Virus record (IMG/VR): IMGVR_UViG_3300012983_000035
Location: 32,001-96,000 of that record
DNA: 64,000 nt
Strand: one strand, 5' to 3'
Origin: a virus
Taxonomy: Duplodnaviria; Caudoviricetes
Shown: positions 1-9,652 of the stretch, in pieces
How positions within the stretch are numbered: the stretch's first letter is position 1
Layout: each line of letters starts with the position of its first letter
The notes under the pieces: generated by a model
Told to the model about the DNA's origin: nothing
Seen by the model: only the letters and a program-made list of their open reading frames with translations
Database searches by the model: none
Position numbers and translations under genes: made by a program

Positions 1-786
1 AGTATACCCTTTTGATGAGATATTTTGACCTTCGTTTTTAAATAACACTTCTAGATTATGAATATCGCCAGTTATTCTTGATCTATAACTGTCTGTATAG
101 ATAGCTGTAAACATGCTTTTAATTAAATCAACAACCAATGAATCTACTACTTTACCTTTGTATTCGACGTTTTCTATAGATGAACCAAGAGTTCCTTTAT
201 TTGTAAAGTCAGCGTATCTACAAACTAAGATATTAGCAATATATTTTTTAGGAATAGCTACTACAATGCTAATATCATTAGGATTTTCGAAAGTGAAGAA
301 TTTGTTTTCCCATTTAGGTTGAATTTCAGATTCACCACAAGTGCTCATCTTTTTAGTAACGAATGTTGTAATTCCTTGTTGGCTACCAATGTGTTCTGAT
401 TCTGAATCTATAATCATTGCTACAAGATTTTTAACCTTTGTGGCTTTCTGTAGTTCAGAGGTTAGAGCAATTTCTCCTTGAGAATATCTTGTTCTATTAA
501 CTTTTGTAACAGAAGAGATATCATTAGCAATCGCTAAACCTAGGAAAGGTTGAACTAATTGACCTAATGCATATTTTATATTCTCGTTAATTTCCACAGT
601 ATTATTTGGGAAAATTTTGTTCATTAACATGAATGTTCTAAATCCACGTTTAACTAATACTTTAGAATTTCTGTTACCTATAAAAGCAAAGAATTTTTCT
701 TTTGCTCCTGGCTCTGTAATATATCTATTATAAGGTGATTGTGAACCAAATACCATGGCATCGTTTTGTAAAACAACTGTTGACAT
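1..786 (-). CDS. Hypothetical protein, partial (>262 aa, runs off window start), possibly virion protein
   Basis: ATG at 786-784 preceded by GGAGG SD; frame MSTVVLQNDAMVFGSQSPYNRY... open to position 1; late-type promoter motif upstream; absent from ORF track because truncated. Confidence 0.8.
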   Translation of the reverse strand, partial: MSTVVLQNDAMVFGSQSPYNRYITEPGAKEKFFAFIGNRNSKVLVKRGFRTFMLMNKIFPNNTVEINENIKYALGQLVQPFLGLAIANDISSVTKVNRTRYSQGEIALTSELQKATKVKNLVAMIIDSESEHIGSQQGITTFVTKKMSTCGESEIQPKWENKFFTFENPNDISIVVAIPKKYIANILVCRYADFTNKGTLGSSIENVEYKGKVVDSLVVDLIKSMFTAIYTDSYRSRITGDIHNLEVLFKNEGQNISSKGYT

Positions 787-815
787 TTGAATTCCTCCAT
801 TTAAATTTTATTAAT

Positions 816-827
816 CATTATTTTGTT
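816..827 (-). promoter_or_regulatory. Putative late promoter AACA-N6-TG
   Basis: Instance of recurrent (A/G)ACA-N6-T(G/A) motif seen upstream of many genes. Confidence 0.5.
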
Positions 828-987
828 TTTTAATAAATGACTAACTTTACATTGAGTTAAATATAGGAAAACCGAGACTTCAAACCGATTTATCCGTATA
901 TATTAATATAATAGTGAACAACAAAAGTGTAACTAAACAGAAAATAATTGTTGTGATTATATAAATTTTATTGGAGGTAATAGGGTC

Positions 988-3900
988 ATGGCCAAATTTA
1001 AATGGGATAATGACACCATTTCTGGAAATCAGATTACTGAGGTACTCATTTCTCAATATGGGTTCACTCAGCCAGTATCTGTTAACTTGGATAATATGAC
1101 AAGGAGAATAAGTTATAAGAACTCTTTGATTCCAATGTTTTGTAACAGATGTGGAACTTCGTTTTCTATGAGTCCAAAAATGGTGTGCGAAGCATTTGAT
1201 ACAAGAGGTTATGTTTGCTCTAATTGTGGTAATCTTACTGATGAAGAAATTAGAAGTAAGAAGAAACAAGAAATGGCTGAAGGAACAGTTGACTTTGCTA
1301 AAGAAAGAGGCATTGACATCGAAGAAATTGAAGCCGAACAAGAGCGAAAGGAACAAGAGGAAAGAGAACATGAAGAGCAACTTGCATTGTCGGTAGACGA
1401 TATTATTTCAGCAAATGAAGAAATTGATGAAGAACCAACTGTGTCTACTGAAAGCTCAACTCCTATTGAAGTTGAAGAAGAAGCTATCGAATCTGAATCA
1501 GAAGACGACGATTACAGTAAATATATGGCAACAGATGATGACGATAATGTTTCTTTGGAAGATATGATTGGTTCTACTGATGATATCGATATTGAAGCTG
1601 ATGATTTTGATGATTCAATTGATGTTGATGTTGAAGATAATGAAGAAGATCTTGATGTTGATGTTGAAACAATTGTTTCTGATATCGAAGAAGATCCAGA
1701 TCCAAATGATGAAGAATCTACTGGTCAATCGGTAACAGAAGAACCTGTAGTAACTATTGAACCAGATAAAACACCGGAACCTATTAAAGCTGAAATTGTT
1801 AATGATAAACCAGAAATTGAACCCGAAGAGACTGAAGAACCTGAGGATTCATTTATTGTTAATGGTGAACGTCTTACACCAGATGATATCCGAGAACAAT
1901 GTATAGCTACTGAAAAAGAAGTTAAAAAGATTCTTGGTTACTGGCCATATCAGCGAAAAATTGTTCCAGAAAATGATTCCATCAGAATGCATTGTGGAAT
2001 CTGTGGTAAACCGTTCTATATTGATTCTATTCCTAGCTTAGCAACTAAGGTTATATCATTAACTAAAGAATATTGTGAAGCTAGAGGAATCAAATATAAA
2101 CCACAATTAAATAATAAAGTTTCTAAGTTGTCATATTGTCCACATTGTTTGAAATCAATTTCATCAAAAGGATACAATGAATATCTTAGAGAAACTGTTG
2201 AATTGATTTGTAAAAGAGTTAATTTGACAATAATTAATCCAGAAAAATACTGGTTTGCTGGTTTCTTAGATCAAATCACAGTTGCAGCAAATGGTGTAGA
2301 GAAGACAGTTACTATTCGCGAATTCCTTGAGAAATACGACTGTATTTCAGATGCAAGAACTCTTGATGAATTTAAGCCGAGAGGAACCGCCGTGAAAAGT
2401 ACGACTGATGAAAAGACAGAAAAGCCTAAATATACAATTACAAACAAGGTTGATGAAAGCAAGAAACAAACTGAGACTAGAGGGTTTAAGTTTGTATCCA
2501 ATAATCCTGGGCCTTTTAACGGAACATCTGTTGATTCGAACGCTAAACTTGAAGAAGAAGCCGAACTTCAGAATTCATCAGTCAAAGAAAACTCTGTGTT
2601 CCACATCAATCAAACTATTAAAGATGAACATTCAACTTTTGCGAAACTCAACGATAAGCTTAATCCATTTGCACGTGCAAAATCTCTTGAAAGTACATTT
2701 CAGAAGTCACCATTTGCATCGTTTATATCGGATCTGTCGGATGAAACAAATGTAGAATGTACATTAACAATCAACAGTAGAACATTTGAAATTCCTATCA
2801 TTGATTTTGAAAATGGATTCAGAATCATTTGTGTGGATATTGATAATAATTCTATGACAAAGATTCCATATAATGTGGTATCTAAATGTATAGGATTCCC
2901 ATATAGAGATGAAAATGGAAAACCTATAAAAGATTTTAAAACACTTGTATTGTATAGTGATTCAGTTGAACGACGAAGAAGTGCAACAATGGATGCTTTA
3001 ATCAAATTCATTAATCCAAAAGTTCTTCCTTATAAAGATAAAAAGATTGTAATGGAAGATACGATTTTCACACAATACACCGATTATAATCAGTATTTAA
3101 AAGAATTTGATTCACAGTATTCTACTTTCCCTGGTGGAAAACCAAAAACTGGACAGCTCGGTATCGTAGCTACATGGACAGATGATAATTCAGCAAAAGC
3201 TGACTTTAGATCTATCATGAGATTCCAGATGATGGTCCAAGAAGGAAATAAAGCTTCTTTGAATCAATTGAATAACGATTATGAACAATACATGGTTGCA
3301 TCAATCAAGTATATTGAACGTCTTAATAAAACAACTGGACGAGTTTCATATGTAATTACAGATTACGTTGAAATTGGTTCAGCGATTATCGCGGACGGAT
3401 TCTTACAGTGTGTTAGAGCATTGTTGAGAGAATATACTAAGAAATATCCAACTATGTCAAATATCTTGCCACATATCATTTTGGAAATCGATCCAAACGT
3501 TTATCCTTCTCCTTCACTTCGTTCTTATATTGAAAAAGGAACTTTGTGTTTAATGGATGAAGTATATAAAGCTGTAACTGATGGTAACAGCAATATTAAT
3601 AAACTTGGAAAAGATCAACATCTCAAATACACTTATGTCAGAAGAGCAGAATATAGATCTGCAACAAAAGACAGCGATTGGTGTAGACAAGATATGCGAA
3701 TGTTCGGAGCAGGAACTCTAGCAGCAACAATGTCTGAAGAATTGAAGACAGCTGGAATTGCTAGTGGAATTTCTGATGATGGAACTCGTTTAGCATTCAT
3801 TTCTAATATGGGCTTCACTAAAAACAATCAACTTGAGGTTAAAGAATATTTCGTTGACCAGAATGTTGTTCAGCAACTTCTTATGGATGGAAAAACTGCA

Positions 3901-4284
3901 CTTATGCAGAAGCTTCCTAGTCCAGAAGAAATGTTCACAAAATCAGGATTGGTTGGAAGTTCAGGTGATGGATTCAATATTAATAGCGTAATGAGCAACC
4001 CAGCTCTTATGCATAAATATATGAATATTATGCAAAACGGAACACCTGAAGCTAAGAATTATTTCATAAACAACGTCATGTATCCTAATCAAGGAGCAAA
4101 TATGATGAATGGAATGTTCAATGGCATGAACGGTGGTATGATGCCTAATATGGGAATGGGAATGCCAATGATGGGTAACCAGATGGGTATGATGAATCCT
4201 ATGATGGGCGGAATGAATATGGGTGTGGGTCAAATGCAAATGCCAGGTATGGGTATGATGCCTGGGATGAACTTTGGTCGATAA
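988..4284 (+). CDS. 1098-aa multidomain protein: Zn ribbon, acidic disordered region, second Zn ribbon, possible degenerate Hef-like (Vsr + GNAT-like) domain, C-terminal Met/Gly-rich low-complexity tail
   Basis: GGAGG SD; CNRC..CSNC and CGIC..CPHC pairs; D/E-rich aa ~110-290; MGM/NPMM repeats in last ~60 aa; function unknown. Confidence 0.85.
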   Translation: MAKFKWDNDTISGNQITEVLISQYGFTQPVSVNLDNMTRRISYKNSLIPMFCNRCGTSFSMSPKMVCEAFDTRGYVCSNCGNLTDEEIRSKKKQEMAEGTVDFAKERGIDIEEIEAEQERKEQEEREHEEQLALSVDDIISANEEIDEEPTVSTESSTPIEVEEEAIESESEDDDYSKYMATDDDDNVSLEDMIGSTDDIDIEADDFDDSIDVDVEDNEEDLDVDVETIVSDIEEDPDPNDEESTGQSVTEEPVVTIEPDKTPEPIKAEIVNDKPEIEPEETEEPEDSFIVNGERLTPDDIREQCIATEKEVKKILGYWPYQRKIVPENDSIRMHCGICGKPFYIDSIPSLATKVISLTKEYCEARGIKYKPQLNNKVSKLSYCPHCLKSISSKGYNEYLRETVELICKRVNLTIINPEKYWFAGFLDQITVAANGVEKTVTIREFLEKYDCISDARTLDEFKPRGTAVKSTTDEKTEKPKYTITNKVDESKKQTETRGFKFVSNNPGPFNGTSVDSNAKLEEEAELQNSSVKENSVFHINQTIKDEHSTFAKLNDKLNPFARAKSLESTFQKSPFASFISDLSDETNVECTLTINSRTFEIPIIDFENGFRIICVDIDNNSMTKIPYNVVSKCIGFPYRDENGKPIKDFKTLVLYSDSVERRRSATMDALIKFINPKVLPYKDKKIVMEDTIFTQYTDYNQYLKEFDSQYSTFPGGKPKTGQLGIVATWTDDNSAKADFRSIMRFQMMVQEGNKASLNQLNNDYEQYMVASIKYIERLNKTTGRVSYVITDYVEIGSAIIADGFLQCVRALLREYTKKYPTMSNILPHIILEIDPNVYPSPSLRSYIEKGTLCLMDEVYKAVTDGNSNINKLGKDQHLKYTYVRRAEYRSATKDSDWCRQDMRMFGAGTLAATMSEELKTAGIASGISDDGTRLAFISNMGFTKNNQLEVKEYFVDQNVVQQLLMDGKTALMQKLPSPEEMFTKSGLVGSSGDGFNINSVMSNPALMHKYMNIMQNGTPEAKNYFINNVMYPNQGANMMNGMFNGMNGGMMPNMGMGMPMMGNQMGMMNPMMGGMNMGVGQMQMPGMGMMPGMNFGR

Positions 4285-5419
4285 AAACAATACCGGAATA
4301 TAATTCAATTCCGGTGCATTTTAAATTCACAAATTAAAATAAAGAAATATATTATTAATTTGATAAACTATGTTAAGGAGAAATAATAACATGAGTAACG
4401 AAGCAACAACAGCAGAAAACCAGAAAAAGGCTGAAGAACAACAGCGCTATTTTATGCAGATGCAAAAGAACATGATGAGACAGAATTATGCTCAGCAGAT
4501 TATGGGAGCATTTAATACTATCTCTGCTTACAAAGTTCTTAAAACAGCATCTCAGTACGGAATGATCTTCCCTGTAGATTACAACTCAAAAATGGTTCTT
4601 TCACAGAAACTTTATCAGGCACTTGTTTTGAATAACACAAGCACAGATGAAGATGAATGGAAAACTTTGGCTAATTCTCTCATGATGGCTCAACAACAGA
4701 CAATGAGAAACATGTTGTTTAGCCCACAGATGAATAACGGTATGATGCCTAATATGGGAATGGGAATGCCAATGATGGGTAACCAGATGGGTATGATGAA
4801 TCCTATGATGGGCGGAATGAATATGGGTACGGGTCAAATGCCAGGTATGGGTATGATGAATCCTATGATGGGAATGGGAATGCCAATGATGGGTAACCAG
4901 ATGGGTATGATGGGAATGAACCAACCACAGGCTGCACAAGTTGGAAACGATAAACAGAACAACGTTAACAATTTGAAGAGCTATATCCAGGCAAACCTTT
5001 TTAATACAGATCCAGTAGTATTGATTTCAATTCTCATGAACAATGGTCTTGAATTCGATGACAGTGATCTTGATAGAATTCTCGGACAGACTCTAGCAAA
5101 TTCAGCTTATTACATGGATGACAATTCTATTGTGTATTTCTATCAGATCGTCGTATCTCTATACAACGTAAGTATTCAACAGGGAAAAGATGGAAATGCT
5201 GCTCCTAATCAGCATAACATGATGGGAATGGGAATGCCAATGATGGGTAACCAGATGGGTATGATGAATCCTATGATGGGCGGAATGAATATGGGTGTGG
5301 GTCAAATGCAAATGCCAGGTATGGGTATGATGAATCCTATGATGGGAATGGGAATGCCAATGATGGGTAACCAGATGGGTATGATGGGAATGAACCATAT
5401 GCAAATGCCAGGTATGGGA
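4135..5419 (+). repeat. Three copies of a Met/Gly/Asn/Pro/Gln-coding module shared by two adjacent genes
   Basis: 4135-4224 identical to 4739-4828 (90 nt); 4150-4260 identical to 5222-5332 (111 nt). Confidence 0.95.
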
Positions 5420-5455
5420 AACCCAAATCCTAATGGATTAAATGCTCTATATTAA
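4391..5455 (+). CDS. Met/Gln/Asn/Gly-rich protein with two helical domains, each followed by a low-complexity repeat block
   Basis: TAAGGAG SD before ATG 4391 (ORF track starts 4370); two MGMPMMGNQMGMMNPMM blocks. Confidence 0.85.
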   Translation: MSNEATTAENQKKAEEQQRYFMQMQKNMMRQNYAQQIMGAFNTISAYKVLKTASQYGMIFPVDYNSKMVLSQKLYQALVLNNTSTDEDEWKTLANSLMMAQQQTMRNMLFSPQMNNGMMPNMGMGMPMMGNQMGMMNPMMGGMNMGTGQMPGMGMMNPMMGMGMPMMGNQMGMMGMNQPQAAQVGNDKQNNVNNLKSYIQANLFNTDPVVLISILMNNGLEFDDSDLDRILGQTLANSAYYMDDNSIVYFYQIVVSLYNVSIQQGKDGNAAPNQHNMMGMGMPMMGNQMGMMNPMMGGMNMGVGQMQMPGMGMMNPMMGMGMPMMGNQMGMMGMNHMQMPGMGNPNPNGLNALY

Positions 5456-5474
5456 TAGCGTAAACTGATAACAA

Positions 5475-5520
5475 AATCCTAGAGAAAGAATTAACTTTCT
5501 CTAGGATTATTTTATTTTTA
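5475..5520 (+). terminator. Intrinsic terminator
   Basis: AATCCTAGAGAAAG-aattaa-CTTTCTCTAGGATT followed by T-rich tract. Confidence 0.85.
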
Positions 5521-5533
5521 GGCAGGCAAAACG

Positions 5534-6451
5534 ATGTTAGGAAACAATAAATTTATTGAATTAAAAAGGTTCCAAGGAGACGAATTACAAAAAATAATTT
5601 TAGATCCTTTAGATACATTGATAACTAATATTAATAAATATACTGTCATACCAATTTATGTATGCAACTTCATTGTATCCAAGTTTGATATGATTCCTAA
5701 AATGGTTCTGGTTGCTTATGATGATAAATCACTTATAACAGAAGTAGTTGCATCGGATTCTATGTTGGAATCTATATTGATGGAAAAAACACCAGATGTA
5801 GTTTCACCTACAATAATGGTATATCAAAATGATGTGCCTAGAAACAGTATAACGTTTAATTGTGATGAGAATTATTATTATTCTACATCATACTTAATAT
5901 ATGGAAAAGATATAAAAACTCTTATAAAAGAAAATCTTATAACTGATGTAATTATTCGTGGAGATCCACTTAAAACGAATATCTCTATAGATATAAAAGG
6001 TAATTTTGATCAACAAGGTTTGTTTATAAAAGTTCCAGATTCGGCATCAGTGTTGAAACTTCCGTTGCACAATTACGTTCGTAGACATGAAACGTATAAT
6101 GACATATTCTCAAAAGTTGCTAATCAAGAAGGAGTGCTTATTAGTGACCAAACTTATTTAGGAGAATTGTTTTCTGAAGTAAAAGACGAACAATCTTGTA
6201 TGATAAAAAATACAAACGGAATACAGCTTTTTAAAGATTTCATGAAACAAAAGCCAACAGCATTGATTGTTTATAGTAATAAAGGAAATAGTTCTTTTGC
6301 TAAATTAGGTTTAAAAGTTGAGCCTAATTTAAACATAGTCGATGTTGCATTGGAAATGTCTTATGTAGGAAATAAAGTTACTCATATGGTTTTCTATAGA
6401 TATATTGAAAATATAGTAGATAAGATCGTTGGAAACTATGATGAGCGTTAA
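5534..6451 (+). CDS. Hypothetical protein (305 aa)
   Basis: Long ORF in gene-dense + strand block; no motif recognised. Confidence 0.75.
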   Translation: MLGNNKFIELKRFQGDELQKIILDPLDTLITNINKYTVIPIYVCNFIVSKFDMIPKMVLVAYDDKSLITEVVASDSMLESILMEKTPDVVSPTIMVYQNDVPRNSITFNCDENYYYSTSYLIYGKDIKTLIKENLITDVIIRGDPLKTNISIDIKGNFDQQGLFIKVPDSASVLKLPLHNYVRRHETYNDIFSKVANQEGVLISDQTYLGELFSEVKDEQSCMIKNTNGIQLFKDFMKQKPTALIVYSNKGNSSFAKLGLKVEPNLNIVDVALEMSYVGNKVTHMVFYRYIENIVDKIVGNYDER

Positions 6452-6471
6452 AATATTGTGGAGGTAACAAA

Positions 6472-8016
6472 ATGCTATTAAATGACTTTTCTAGTCAAAT
6501 TGATCAAGAGGAGATCAAGGCTATTAAAGACAAAAAACCTAGATTGAAGGATATTATAGGTTATAGACAAGTATTTGCTGATTGGGAAGCAAGATATAAT
6601 AAAGAGAAATCTGAAGGAATAATCGTAGAAGTATCAAATGATGTATCTGTAAACAAACAGACCATGCAAGCAGTAGGAGATTCCATTTATGCTAAGGAAC
6701 TTGGAGACCTACCAGATACAGATAGAGATATTCGTGAATTCTCTTGTGATTGTGGAAATGTCTATGGTCGTTTTTATGAAGGTGCAATTTGTCCAGAATG
6801 TGGTACAAAAGTACGTTCACAATATAACAGAGATATTAAACGTGTTGGTTGGATAAACATTTATCCATTCTATATAATAAATCCTAATGCTTATGAAAAA
6901 TTGACAAAAGTAATAGGTACAAAAAATCTCCCAAAAATTCTGCAATATAACATTGAAATTGATTTGGATGGAAATCTTAAACCAGTTTCAGATACAATAA
7001 CCACAAAAGGTGGAATCGTTAAACAAAATGTTCCATATGCAAATACAGGTATGATAGAGTTTAGAAACAATTTTGATACAATTGTTTCATACTATGGATC
7101 TTCTAGAGGTGAAGAAGAAATGGCTAAGTATCTTATTGAAAATAAAGATAAAATATTTAGTAGTTATATACCTGTAAGTTCAATATATCTTCGTCCAACA
7201 TTTGTTTCATCTAAAAAGAAAAGCGTTTCTTATGATAAGACAAATGCAATATATGTTAAGATATTAGCTAATGCTAAACTTTTACGTCGTGTTATGAAAA
7301 AAGATGTTGAGTTAAAGCGAGCATTGAATGTTGTGTATGATATACAGAAAGGACTCCAAGAAATATATGTATTAACCATAAAGACTAAATTGTCTGGTAA
7401 AAATAAGATTATTCGTGGAGCAATCTTAGGAAACAGAATGAATTTCAGTTCACGTATGGTCATTAGATCATTCACTGGTGTTCATTGTGGAATGGGTAAA
7501 ATTGGTATGAGTTATAAAGGATTTCTTGAATTAAATCTTCTTGAAATCATAAATGCATTGATGCGAGGTTATGGTGATCCAAAGTTTACTCAGATGACTG
7601 TATATGAAGTTATGGAATATGTGACTAGAGCACAATATAAAGACACGATTGATCCTGATATATGGAAGATCATGCAATTGATGCTCAAACATAGACCATA
7701 TAATCCAGCAGTAGCAAACAGACCGCCAACTTTAAATATCGGTAGTATTCAGTATTTTGAAGTTGGATATATAACTCCTGATGCAAAAGATAAAACAGCT
7801 CAGATACCATTGTCATCGTTGCCATCAGCAAACGCTGACTTTGATGGTGATACGTTGTCATTCTATTCTCCAAAAGAAAAGAGAGTAATAGAAGAATTTA
7901 AACGAGGTCTATCTCCTACTAGATTGATAGTAGATCCAACAGGAGATGGATATATTAATAAAGAATTCTTGATGATTAAGGATGAATATACATCATTGAT
8001 TTCATTCTTATCATAA
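6472..8016 (+). CDS. rpoC: Phage multisubunit RNA polymerase beta'-like subunit, N-terminal half (probably non-virion RNAP)
   Basis: Zn finger CDCG...CPEC, LSGKNKIIRGAILGNRMNFSSRMVI, NRPPTL, catalytic NADFDGD; ends shortly after catalytic motif as in phiKZ/AR9 split RNAPs. Confidence 0.93.
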   Translation: MLLNDFSSQIDQEEIKAIKDKKPRLKDIIGYRQVFADWEARYNKEKSEGIIVEVSNDVSVNKQTMQAVGDSIYAKELGDLPDTDRDIREFSCDCGNVYGRFYEGAICPECGTKVRSQYNRDIKRVGWINIYPFYIINPNAYEKLTKVIGTKNLPKILQYNIEIDLDGNLKPVSDTITTKGGIVKQNVPYANTGMIEFRNNFDTIVSYYGSSRGEEEMAKYLIENKDKIFSSYIPVSSIYLRPTFVSSKKKSVSYDKTNAIYVKILANAKLLRRVMKKDVELKRALNVVYDIQKGLQEIYVLTIKTKLSGKNKIIRGAILGNRMNFSSRMVIRSFTGVHCGMGKIGMSYKGFLELNLLEIINALMRGYGDPKFTQMTVYEVMEYVTRAQYKDTIDPDIWKIMQLMLKHRPYNPAVANRPPTLNIGSIQYFEVGYITPDAKDKTAQIPLSSLPSANADFDGDTLSFYSPKEKRVIEEFKRGLSPTRLIVDPTGDGYINKEFLMIKDEYTSLISFLS

Positions 8017-8095
8017 AAGAATTGTGGGTGCCATATAGTACCTGCTAATATTATAAATTGTCGTAATAAACGACTGAAAGTTAAGGAGAACACTT

Positions 8096-8311
8096 ATGAG
8101 AAGTGCACCAAAAAAGAGTATGCCTGTAGTATTGAAAAATACTAAGGATTCACCAGTAATGTATATCACTGGTATCGATGAAGCAACAAACGAAGTTCAG
8201 ACTGTTTGGGTTGATAAGATCGGTGCTCCATACACCGGAAAATTCAGCACTGATGTGCTAGAAAAATATAAAGAACCTTCAAATAAAGAACCTTCAAATA
8301 AGGATAACTAA
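8096..8311 (+). CDS. Small protein, YodC/DUF2158-like
   Basis: AAGGAG SD; pattern VVLK..SPVMYIT....VQTVW.D......F..D.L resembles DUF2158. Confidence 0.55.
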   Translation: MRSAPKKSMPVVLKNTKDSPVMYITGIDEATNEVQTVWVDKIGAPYTGKFSTDVLEKYKEPSNKEPSNKDN

Positions 8312-8318
8312 GTTTGTT

Positions 8319-8368
8319 AAGGGTATTCTGACTGTTGTCGCACACGGTTAGGATACCCTTTATTTTTT
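8319..8368 (+). terminator. Long-stem terminator
   Basis: AAGGGTATTCTGACTGT...ACGGTTAGGATACCCTT then T tract. Confidence 0.75.
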
Positions 8369-8384
8369 CTATTGGAGAAGTAAA

Positions 8385-8528
8385 ATGAAACCGTTGTTAG
8401 TTGTTATCTTAGTATTCACAGGTATAATTTGTCTAAGTATAATTGTATCTCTTATTAAAGATGCAATTGAACTAATAAAGACTATTAAAATTAGTAAAAC
8501 TGCTGAAAAAGACAAAACAAACGATTAA
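8385..8528 (+). CDS. Small single-TM membrane protein (47 aa)
   Basis: GGAG SD; MKPLLVVILVFTGIICLSIIVSLIKD...; followed by terminator AAAGCGGC...GCCGCTTT. Confidence 0.65.
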   Translation: MKPLLVVILVFTGIICLSIIVSLIKDAIELIKTIKISKTAEKDKTND

Positions 8529-8597
8529 ATATAAAGCGGCTGAATATGCCGCTTTAGTTTATTTTTTCTATATAAAATAGTGTTTTTATAAAAATTA

Positions 8598-8609
8598 AAC
8601 ATACTTATG
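8598..8609 (+). promoter_or_regulatory. Putative late promoter AACA-N6-TG
   Basis: AACATACTTATG heading the structural operon; same motif at 19871, 33173, 40086, 47452, 50381, 62095. Confidence 0.55.
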
Positions 8610-8645
8610 AGCTAATCTTGATAACTCTACAATGGAGATTAAAAT

Positions 8646-9629
8646 ATGAATAAACTTAGTCAAACTGTAACCGGTGGACAGGTTTTTAAATTGATGCCTT
8701 CTCTTATGAACGTTGTTAATCCAATTGCTCTTGAGAAGTATTTAGTACCAGAATCATTCTATGATGTGTACTATAAAATCCTTCAATCTAAAAAACATTT
8801 GTTACTTAGACCGGCAATAAACTATGCTAAAACTGGAAAAATTAAATTTTTCAACGCAAGTGATCCTATAGATCCTAGAATAAAATCTGTTGAAATACCT
8901 AATTATATCCCTGTATTTATTTTCAAAGATAAATCAGGTGAATCTGTAGCATATGTTAATGTGTCTGCTAAAGCTGGATATAGACGAAACAGTGCTGGAG
9001 AAGCAATTGGTATAAGTTTAGATGAGAACTCTGTTCATTATTACTTGACTATCGGAGCAGCAGCAAAGATTCTCGCCGATAACGATAAAGATATTACAAA
9101 TAATACAAAATTTGTATCATTGTGTGCAGAAATGTATTCTAAACTTATTGGTTTGTGTATAGATTCTGTATATCCTATTGGGGCAGATACTAGAAAATTT
9201 ATTATTTTAAATTTCTTGACAATTTTATTTTTCTTACAATTTCATGCTGGATACACTTTGGAACAGGCTTTGCCTTTAGCTCTTAAAGCTAGAACAGTGG
9301 ATCCACTTATTATTAAATCTGACTCATCAACATATGCTAATGGAAACCTTAAAATGAGATCATTTCAGGAGTTCTGTGATGTTCTTGAAAGTGAATTCAC
9401 TTTTATAAAGAAGGGTTCTATAAGTTTACGTTCAATCACAACTACTGCTATAACTAAATATGGTCAACCTTCGATATTGTTTCCTGAACATTTCCAATCG
9501 TTCTTGATTATGGTGGAAAGTGTTGATTTGATGAGCAGAATATATAAAGATAAATATATTAAGAGTCAATTTAGACCAACTGATATCTCAACTATTAATC
9601 AAATATTATTGGTTGCTTCTGGTGAATAA
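8646..9629 (+). CDS. Jumbo-phage protein, probable virion/structural operon member (327 aa)
   Basis: GGAG SD; first gene of a tightly packed operon of large genes. Confidence 0.7.
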   Translation: MNKLSQTVTGGQVFKLMPSLMNVVNPIALEKYLVPESFYDVYYKILQSKKHLLLRPAINYAKTGKIKFFNASDPIDPRIKSVEIPNYIPVFIFKDKSGESVAYVNVSAKAGYRRNSAGEAIGISLDENSVHYYLTIGAAAKILADNDKDITNNTKFVSLCAEMYSKLIGLCIDSVYPIGADTRKFIILNFLTILFFLQFHAGYTLEQALPLALKARTVDPLIIKSDSSTYANGNLKMRSFQEFCDVLESEFTFIKKGSISLRSITTTAITKYGQPSILFPEHFQSFLIMVESVDLMSRIYKDKYIKSQFRPTDISTINQILLVASGE

Positions 9630-9652
9630 TCGACGACTTAGGAGGATAGATT

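Noticed and set aside
113-322. Plus-strand 69-aa ORF and the many other short antisense/alternate-frame ORFs in the track
   Set aside because: Lie within or opposite longer genes with good SDs; no independent signals
3961-5404. His-rich minus-strand ORFs (3961-4308, 4601-4939, 5159-5404)
   Set aside because: Antisense shadow of ATG-rich Met repeats (CAT = His); no SD
988-6451. Chimallin (ChmA) call for genes upstream of RNAP beta'
   Set aside because: Synteny is suggestive but no sequence feature I can recognise supports it
8274-8302. Tandem duplication AAAGAACCTTCAAAT (KEPSN x2)
   Set aside because: Simple 15-nt slippage duplication at a protein C-terminus
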